Positions 58,083 to 64,000 of a DNA stretch of 64,000 nucleotides are shown piece after piece (within the stretch, counting starts at the first letter, position 1; each line of letters begins with the position of its first letter). The position numbers and the translations under genes are program-made. A model generated the notes under the pieces. The model was given only the letters and a program-made list of their open reading frames with translations, ran no database searches and was not told the DNA's origin. The stretch covers positions 186,001 through 250,000 of the IMG/VR virus record IMGVR_UViG_3300020469_003050; one strand, given 5' to 3'.

Positions 58083-59083
58083 TTAGAAAGTAATTTTCTA
58101 TCTACGTAAGGTCTTATATTGTGTGTTTGAAAATCTGAAATCTTATAGTCTATTTCTTGTACATTTAAATTATCAAACTTAAACTGCTTAACATAATCAG
58201 CAAATCCAACATACTCAGTATCATACTTACCATATAGATAGTCTACTTTGATATTAGGATATGCATCTAAGTATCTGTATGGGTCTAATATCTTATTATC
58301 AATATTTAACTTTTTAAATCCCCAACATTTTACCATATGCATAATTGCAACATTAATCATATCTAGCTTTTGTTCTTCAAGGTGTGATGGTCTATTAAAC
58401 CATTTGAAATAAGATTTAATCCAAGGAGAATGTTCCCAAGAATATGTTGCTTGACCGGCTGTAGTTAATACGTTTGTTACTATATCACTTAGATGATATG
58501 CGACACTTAATGCACTACCGGCATGTTTAGAGTCTGCGTATATTATTACGTGCTTGTATTTTTTCTTAACATATTCTCTTATCTGATTACACATCTTTTC
58601 TTGTGTATCGTTCTTTTTACTTACACCTAATACCATTGCACTAGGATATAAAGACTCAGGATATCGTAATGGGTCTTCATTTACAATCAACAAGTCAGTA
58701 TCTAAGTTTACAATTTTCTCACTTACGTTTGTTAGTGGACTTGTCAATCTACCTTCATGTCCTGCATAACTTGTAAAGTGAATTATTAGTTTATCAAAAT
58801 CTTTGTCAGTTTTCTTCCAACACATAGTATAATCTTCACTGACATTTTCAAACTTATCAGTATCATATTGATATACCATGTCGGAATGAATATCCCAACT
58901 ACCTGTTCTTGCTTTTTGGGTGTAAGTATCTACTACATCTTTTTTATAAATCTTAGTGTAGATATCGCTACTTTTTATATTACGTAACTCTATATATTTT
59001 TCATATACTAGTTTTTCGTGTAAAAAGTATAAATCAAGTTCATCGTTTAGGTCTATATCTAAATCGAGTAGTTTAATTTTCAT
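58061..59083 (-). CDS. Alpha/beta-hydrolase-like protein (possible thioesterase or acyltransferase)
   Basis: LIIHFTSYAG strand, nucleophile-elbow-like VIIYADSKHAGSAL, C-terminal THN; elbow deviates from GxSxG. Confidence 0.45.
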   Translation of the reverse strand: MKIKLLDLDIDLNDELDLYFLHEKLVYEKYIELRNIKSSDIYTKIYKKDVVDTYTQKARTGSWDIHSDMVYQYDTDKFENVSEDYTMCWKKTDKDFDKLIIHFTSYAGHEGRLTSPLTNVSEKIVNLDTDLLIVNEDPLRYPESLYPSAMVLGVSKKNDTQEKMCNQIREYVKKKYKHVIIYADSKHAGSALSVAYHLSDIVTNVLTTAGQATYSWEHSPWIKSYFKWFNRPSHLEEQKLDMINVAIMHMVKCWGFKKLNIDNKILDPYRYLDAYPNIKVDYLYGKYDTEYVGFADYVKQFKFDNLNVQEIDYKISDFQTHNIRPYVDRKLLSNYINDLT

Positions 59084-59319
59084 TAATCATACTCCGCTAG
59101 ATACTCCACTAAATCTTTAACGTTTTTAATTTCGTCTAGTCTTTGGTTGTCTAATTCGATATCTAACTCGTCTTCTAGTGTAACTAGAATTTCAATACTA
59201 TCTAACGAATCAACGCCAATGTCTTTAAATGGTTGACCTGATTCGATAAACTCATCAGTTAGTTCAACCTCTGCCCTGTCAAGTGTAATTTCTTTTAGTG
59301 CCTTTAGTGTTCTGCTCAT
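59083..59319 (-). CDS. acpP: Acyl carrier protein
   Basis: 78 aa, acidic, FKDIGVDSLDSIEILVTLEDELDIEL with the phosphopantetheine-accepting DSL serine. Confidence 0.9.
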   Translation of the reverse strand: MSRTLKALKEITLDRAEVELTDEFIESGQPFKDIGVDSLDSIEILVTLEDELDIELDNQRLDEIKNVKDLVEYLAEYD

Positions 59320-59320
59320 T

Positions 59321-60259
59321 TTAATAGCCGCCTTCATTCTCTTTTGTGTGTTCGTAAAATGGTGCAAGTTTGAAGTCTTGTGTAATACGTCCTCTTCTTT
59401 TGCTACCTGGGTCTGGAATACCACCTTCATTGTCAGTATCCCAATTAGTAATTTTTACCCATCTTCCTCTATTTAGAAGTTTATTTCCTTCCTTCAGTGG
59501 GAATAAAATAGTGTTCTTTTCGCTAAACTTATTGTAGTAAGGTACACCGTGAAAGCTCCAAATATAGTCCTCAGAGACATTAAATTGGTCTGCACATAGT
59601 TTTACTAGCCCTTCTAATTTAATGTTACCGTCTTTGTCTTTCTGATATCTACCTAATTGTCCAACGTTTTTAATTCTCATCATTACGTTGTTTATCTTTT
59701 CTTTCTCTATAAGTTCTTTTAATCTTGCTGGTGCTTCATAATTAATCTCTGGAATAATAATAGTACCAGTATTCAAATTCATTTTTCTATCTACGATATT
59801 ACGAAGTGCTTTTAGTTTTTTAGTTGCACAACGTAGTTCATCGATTTGTTCATACCAATCATCGTTATCTACTCCATTCAAACTTAAAGTTACACTACGT
59901 AATCCTGCTTCAATTAAAGTATTTAAATATTTTGGACGTGATAATCTTAATCCATTTGTTACTAAAGTACAACTATGCTTTCTACCATTGGTACGTCCAT
60001 GCTCATATACTGCACGAATAAAATTTGCACAGTTAGGAGACATTGTAGGTTCTGCACCGATAATACGTACAAATGCTCGACCACCAAGCCTATCCATGAA
60101 ATCCTTAAATCTATCTAAGTCCATATCAGGTGGTTCTCTGCTAGGTATATAACAGTTCTTACAAGTCATGTTGCATTTATGCGTGATATCTGCACATATA
60201 TCTACAAACGTATTTTCTTCTGGTTCTGTAATCTCATAATTAAAGAGTTTATGAAGCAT
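59321..60259 (-). CDS. Radical SAM enzyme (MoaA/NifB/PqqE-like core)
   Basis: ITHKCNMTCKNCY, IGAEPT, LVTNGLRL, VTLSLNG; start set at ATG 60259. Confidence 0.85.
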   Translation of the reverse strand: MLHKLFNYEITEPEENTFVDICADITHKCNMTCKNCYIPSREPPDMDLDRFKDFMDRLGGRAFVRIIGAEPTMSPNCANFIRAVYEHGRTNGRKHSCTLVTNGLRLSRPKYLNTLIEAGLRSVTLSLNGVDNDDWYEQIDELRCATKKLKALRNIVDRKMNLNTGTIIIPEINYEAPARLKELIEKEKINNVMMRIKNVGQLGRYQKDKDGNIKLEGLVKLCADQFNVSEDYIWSFHGVPYYNKFSEKNTILFPLKEGNKLLNRGRWVKITNWDTDNEGGIPDPGSKRRGRITQDFKLAPFYEHTKENEGGY

Positions 60260-60274
60260 ATAGTTTTGTACCTT

Positions 60275-60304
60275 AATAAATATGTTTATGTACATCTATT
60301 TATC
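60275..60304. promoter_or_regulatory. Pair of opposite-strand late-type promoter elements between divergent operons
   Basis: AATAAATA on + (60275-60282) and GATAAATA on - (60297-60304). Confidence 0.55.
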
Positions 60305-60322
60305 GTCCCGGGAAATGCGCCA

Positions 60323-60931
60323 ATGTTAAAGCATTTATACAAATTCGATTATCGAATTGACAAGGACCAACTCAGAAAAGAACACAAGTTGATGCAAGAA
60401 AGTAATGATACTTCTTTGCATAATGTTAATACCGATTTATTAGAAAAAGTTAATGCAGGCAGAGAAACTGGTGAAGATATTTTCCCTACATATCATGATT
60501 TAAAAGATAAAGAGCAATGGGATAATATGGATACTTTGAAAATAAGAGCATTCAATGAATATCAATATCAAGATGATTGTCCAGAAATGAAAAGATTAAC
60601 TAATGATTTTGCTAAGATATTAGATAGTAAAGACATAACACCGTTCTTTGTATTACAAGAGCAAAACTCAGACTTTCCAATGCATATTGATATGGGGTTT
60701 CAATGTGCAATAAACTTAATTATAGATGGTGGAGATACACCAATTATGTTCAGAGAAGACGATGGATCTATACATAAATACAACTACGATAACGCATTAC
60801 TTAACATCTGTAACGTCTTTCACGGTGTACCTAAACAACAAGATATGAAAAGAATGTTACTTAAATTTAGAATAAAAGATGTATCGTATAATAATGCATG
60901 TAAGCGAATGATGGAGTACTTTAGTGAATAA
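60323..60931 (+). CDS. Fe(II)/2OG-type (cupin/DSBH) oxygenase-like protein 1
   Basis: PMHID...CAINLI...ALLNI..FHGV...RMLLKF (HxD...H...R). Confidence 0.65.
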   Translation: MLKHLYKFDYRIDKDQLRKEHKLMQESNDTSLHNVNTDLLEKVNAGRETGEDIFPTYHDLKDKEQWDNMDTLKIRAFNEYQYQDDCPEMKRLTNDFAKILDSKDITPFFVLQEQNSDFPMHIDMGFQCAINLIIDGGDTPIMFREDDGSIHKYNYDNALLNICNVFHGVPKQQDMKRMLLKFRIKDVSYNNACKRMMEYFSE

Positions 60932-61487
60932 TTCTATACATAATATAGATTTTGATATTGACAAAGATAAGCTAATAGAAGAAAGCAATCATTGTCAGTT
61001 TGTACCAATCAATCGTGTTACATTAAAACGTGTTCAGTTAGGTAGCTATGATGCAAAAGGTAGAAAGTTTTCTGATTATCTTAACAAGGAAGATAAAGAT
61101 TGGTGGATGCGACAAGATACTTGGCAATCAAGTATGAATGCTGATGCTGATATGTTAACTAAGATGCCAGAGACTACTAGAATACTTTCTATATTTAAAG
61201 AGAGATTAGACACTAATGATATTGAGGCTAACTTTTTTACGCAAAAAGTAGGCACTAATGTTAAGATGCATGTTGATGTTGGTACATCTTGTGCTATAAA
61301 CTTTATACTCAGAGGAGAAGAAACTCCGATAGTATTTGAAGAAGATGGTACATTTTATTATAAAGATGCATTAATAAATGTTAGTAAGAAACATATGGTA
61401 CCAGAACAAACATCTACAGATAGAATGCTTTTTAAATTAAGAATTTTAAATATGCCATTTGAAGAAGTAAGAGAAAAACTGATATGA
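60924..61487 (+). CDS. Fe(II)/2OG-type oxygenase-like protein 2 (paralogue)
   Basis: KMHVD...CAINFI...ALINV..KHMV...RMLFKL. Confidence 0.65.
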   Translation: MNNSIHNIDFDIDKDKLIEESNHCQFVPINRVTLKRVQLGSYDAKGRKFSDYLNKEDKDWWMRQDTWQSSMNADADMLTKMPETTRILSIFKERLDTNDIEANFFTQKVGTNVKMHVDVGTSCAINFILRGEETPIVFEEDGTFYYKDALINVSKKHMVPEQTSTDRMLFKLRILNMPFEEVREKLI

Positions 61488-62116
61488 ACAAAAGCCAAAT
61501 ATTTATATTATTACATCATGTATCGTTAGCAGTAGGCATTGCGATGTATGGGTTTCAATGGCCATGGGCTATCGTAGTATTTTTGTTTGGAATGTTTTGG
61601 GCTTGGGTAGTAGGACATAATATTATTCATTATTATTTTGCTCATGGCAAATACGAGGACAATCTTAAAAGTTATTTTTATACTTTACTGTCATTAACGT
61701 CTGGATTAGGATCACCAATATCATTCAGTGCTTCACACAGACAACATCATAGATTTACAGACACAGAAAAAGATCCACACTCGCCACATCATATAGGATG
61801 GAAACGTGTATACTTTTTAGATTGGGAACCACAAAATATCAATCCTAGACTTCTTGCTGATTTTGCCAGAAGTAAATTTCAAAAATGGGTTCACAAACAT
61901 TGGTATTATTTGCATATTGCAATCGTATTAGTGATTGCTCTTATAGATTTAAGATTGCTATTCTTTGCGTTATCTCCAGGAGTTCTGTATAGTTTTCACA
62001 GTGCCAGTTTGACAAATACATTGTCTCATATTGGCGGAGTGCATAGAAATGTACAGTTGCTAAAACCCCTTGCATGGTGGGGGTGGAACCATGCTGACCA
62101 TCACGATTATAAGTAA
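61484..62116 (+). CDS. Membrane fatty-acid desaturase (delta-9-like)
   Basis: Hydrophobic segments and three His boxes: HYYFAH, HRQHHRFTDTEKDPHSP, NHADHH. Confidence 0.88.
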   Translation: MNKSQIFILLHHVSLAVGIAMYGFQWPWAIVVFLFGMFWAWVVGHNIIHYYFAHGKYEDNLKSYFYTLLSLTSGLGSPISFSASHRQHHRFTDTEKDPHSPHHIGWKRVYFLDWEPQNINPRLLADFARSKFQKWVHKHWYYLHIAIVLVIALIDLRLLFFALSPGVLYSFHSASLTNTLSHIGGVHRNVQLLKPLAWWGWNHADHHDYK

Positions 62117-62139
62117 GTATTTTTTATGAGGGAGAAAAT

Positions 62140-62424
62140 ATGTTATTTGAAACTATCAAAGCCGTTCAGTTAGCTTTGTGCGTTATTATGGGAATAGATG
62201 ATTGTCCAAACACTAAAATTGTGGAAATGGAAAATGAATGGACACCTGCGTACTATTACTATACTAGTGGAGAAGGTCATATTCATTATGATGATAATCA
62301 AATAATTCACGTAGGTATTATTATACACGAATTAGCACATCATTTAGAAAAGACACAAGACAAAGATTTCAAAACAGTCTGTATTAAATATGGTGGTACC
62401 AACTGTCATATACATGACAAATAA
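62140..62424 (+). CDS. Small exported zincin-like protein
   Basis: 94 aa, hydrophobic N-terminus, IIHELAHH (HExxH). Confidence 0.55.
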   Translation: MLFETIKAVQLALCVIMGIDDCPNTKIVEMENEWTPAYYYYTSGEGHIHYDDNQIIHVGIIIHELAHHLEKTQDKDFKTVCIKYGGTNCHIHDK

Positions 62425-62431
62425 TTAGCTA

Positions 62432-62460
62432 TTGACTATTAGTCTAAAATAATATATAAT
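62432..62460 (+). promoter_or_regulatory. sigma70 promoter
   Basis: TTGACT-17 nt-TATAAT. Confidence 0.7.
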
Positions 62461-62485
62461 TACACAACATATTGGAGAAAAGCCT

Positions 62486-62818
62486 ATGGCTAAAAATGGT
62501 GAACTAATTAATACGCCTGAACTAATGCGACATGCCAATGTCAAAAGTCGTTTAGATAGGCTTAGAGCATTGCAAGGCAAAGCAAAAGATTTAAGACAAT
62601 TTCATAGTGACTTTGAAAACTATGAGTTTTTAAAATGGACTTGCTTATCCCATGATGATATTAATTACGAAAAGTTATTGGTATCAGGTGCTGGATATGT
62701 AGTTCAATTAGTAGATTGGTGTAATAGTCATTGTGAAGATTATTATGTTGCTTATCAAGGGAAACTGTATTTTAAAAGTGAAACTGATGCCGCATACTTT
62801 ACAATGGTCTGGAAATAG
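62486..62818 (+). CDS. Hypothetical protein
   Basis: 110 aa, GGAG RBS, C-terminal DWCNSHC...LYFKSETDAAYFTMVW. Confidence 0.6.
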   Translation: MAKNGELINTPELMRHANVKSRLDRLRALQGKAKDLRQFHSDFENYEFLKWTCLSHDDINYEKLLVSGAGYVVQLVDWCNSHCEDYYVAYQGKLYFKSETDAAYFTMVWK

Positions 62819-62832
62819 TGTATACTAAAATT

Positions 62833-63423
62833 ATGAATAAAGTAGAAACAGATATTGATATTGATGTAATTGACCGTGACACAGTCCTTACACATTTTCG
62901 ACACATAACAGCCAGTATCAAAAAAGGCGATAACTGGACAAAGCATAATAGTGGTGTATATCTACAGCCTATTCCATATGATCCAATATCTGGTTTATCT
63001 GCTATCGAATATAAAGAAGCAGAAGAACGTGGATACTTTAAACTAGATTTTCTTAATAACAGTTTATATGAAGGTGTCCGTGATGAAAAACACCTTGATG
63101 CATTGATTGATAAAGAACCTTTATGGGATTTATTACAACACGAAGATATTGTAAAAAATCTTGCACACGTACATAATCATATAGATGTTTTGAAAGTAAT
63201 GAAACCCCAAAGTGTAATGGAACTGGCAGAAGTTCTAGCGGTCATTAGACCTGCAAAAAGGCACTTGCTTAATGAAAGTAAGTCTAAGATTTCTGAATTA
63301 GTTTGGCAAAAGCCAGAAGATGGTACTTACTATTTTAAAAAAGCACATGCTATTGCATATGCAGTAAGTATTGTGGTTCAGCTTAATCTATTTTGCGAAC
63401 AAGTTGAACAGAACGCCTCTTAA
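62833..63423 (+). CDS. dnaE: Miniature DnaE-like (family C DNA polymerase) catalytic-core protein
   Basis: TDIDIDV.DR, KHNSGVY, GYFKLDFLN, LAVIRP, FKKAHAIAYA correspond to DnaE PDxDxD, HAxGV, KxDxL, A..RP, FNKSH..AY, all within about 196 aa. Confidence 0.8.
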   Translation: MNKVETDIDIDVIDRDTVLTHFRHITASIKKGDNWTKHNSGVYLQPIPYDPISGLSAIEYKEAEERGYFKLDFLNNSLYEGVRDEKHLDALIDKEPLWDLLQHEDIVKNLAHVHNHIDVLKVMKPQSVMELAEVLAVIRPAKRHLLNESKSKISELVWQKPEDGTYYFKKAHAIAYAVSIVVQLNLFCEQVEQNAS

Positions 63424-63772
63424 TACGTTTCTGTATAATATTTGATAGACTAGTCTCTGGTCCCCATGTTACCTCAACATCTTTTGAATTCATATTCAAT
63501 ATCCAATTCTTATACTTGCCAATCTGTGAGCCTAAAAATAAATTAATCGGCATAAGCCTATTAGACTCCCACCACCATTGTTCTCCTAATTCTACGAACT
63601 TCTTTCTTAATTCAGGTGTTGGTATTGCCTCAAAGTTGTACATCGAAGTGATTACTTGGTCTGAATTTATAATTATACCTAGATGCTCAGTAAATTCTTT
63701 TTTATTTCCGTATCTAACATATGAGAAGAACGGATAATTCTCTTGCATCCATTGTTGTTTTTCTTTGTCCAT
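63383..63772 (-). CDS. Hypothetical protein
   Basis: 129 aa, YPFFSY...GII.N, LGEQWWWESNRLMPINLFL, KRIKRRSVQLV; converges on the dnaE-like gene. Confidence 0.65.
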   Translation of the reverse strand: MDKEKQQWMQENYPFFSYVRYGNKKEFTEHLGIIINSDQVITSMYNFEAIPTPELRKKFVELGEQWWWESNRLMPINLFLGSQIGKYKNWILNMNSKDVEVTWGPETSLSNIIQKRIKRRSVQLVRKID

Positions 63773-63822
63773 CGTTATATTTAGCTAACCTAGAAAATGG
63801 TCTCTGGGAGATAAATACATAT

Positions 63823-64000
63823 ATGAATTTAAACATGTATCAATATGAAAAAACTATTGAGATTACTTGTGCAGATGGTGACAACACAAGTAACATGACA
63901 ACTTACCTGAGGAATATGCCAATGTATGACGGACAACACAAACTTCATAAGGGTATTGATAATACTCTTAGATTTAATTTACGAGATACCGATAGAAAAC
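63823..64000 (+). CDS. Late gene, N-terminal part (runs off the window)
   Basis: GATAAATA at 63810-63817, then an open frame MNLNMYQY...KLHKGIDNTLRFNLRDTDRK. Confidence 0.6.
   Translation, partial: MNLNMYQYEKTIEITCADGDNTSNMTTYLRNMPMYDGQHKLHKGIDNTLRFNLRDTDRK

Noticed and set aside
59320-59430. N-terminal extension of the ACP ORF
   Set aside because: Overlaps the radical SAM gene; ATG 59319 gives a normal 78-aa ACP.
59321-60259. Assignment of this radical SAM enzyme as QueE to pair with queD
   Set aside because: Lacks QueE-type features (N-terminal QGEG, CDT after the cluster motif) and is coupled to ACP instead.
1-64000. Stop-codon reassignment or prophage/host junction
   Set aside because: Core genes translate full length in the standard code with TAA, TAG and TGA all used as stops; no integrase, att site or host gene block seen.

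Overview
The whole 64-kb window is part of an AT-rich, lytic T4-like (myovirus-type) large phage genome; no host chromosome is evident. Positions 1-40,200 hold virion morphogenesis genes: gp26-like tail chaperone, tape measure, portal gp20, prohead protease gp21, scaffold gp22, major capsid gp23, three mosaic fibre proteins, neck gp13/14/15, sheath gp18, tube gp19, gp4, small and large terminase. Positions 40,300-64,000 hold replication, recombination and nucleotide genes (gp32 SSB, UvsX, UvsY, UvsW, class Ia NrdAB, a roughly 200-aa mini-DnaE, QueD, a PRTase) and one tRNA-Arg(ACG). Late-type (G/T)ATAAATA promoters and sigma70-type TTGACA..TATAAT promoters can be read directly. Highlights: (1) a divergent cluster of acyl carrier protein, radical SAM enzyme, alpha/beta-hydrolase-like protein, two Fe/2OG-type oxygenases and a fatty-acid desaturase, plus other tailoring enzymes (amidinotransferase with oxygenase, twitch radical SAM, SufT) of which several sit in late operons; (2) a candidate -1 programmed frameshift joining the gp26-like ORF to an unannotated downstream frame; (3) twin early promoters carrying a CcrM/GcrA-type GANTC motif; (4) a head protein that looks like a protease-processed polyprotein ending in a cationic amphipathic peptide; (5) two tandem virion proteins with a shared N-terminal anchor and unrelated payloads. 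All functional calls come from motif recognition by eye; no database searches were run.
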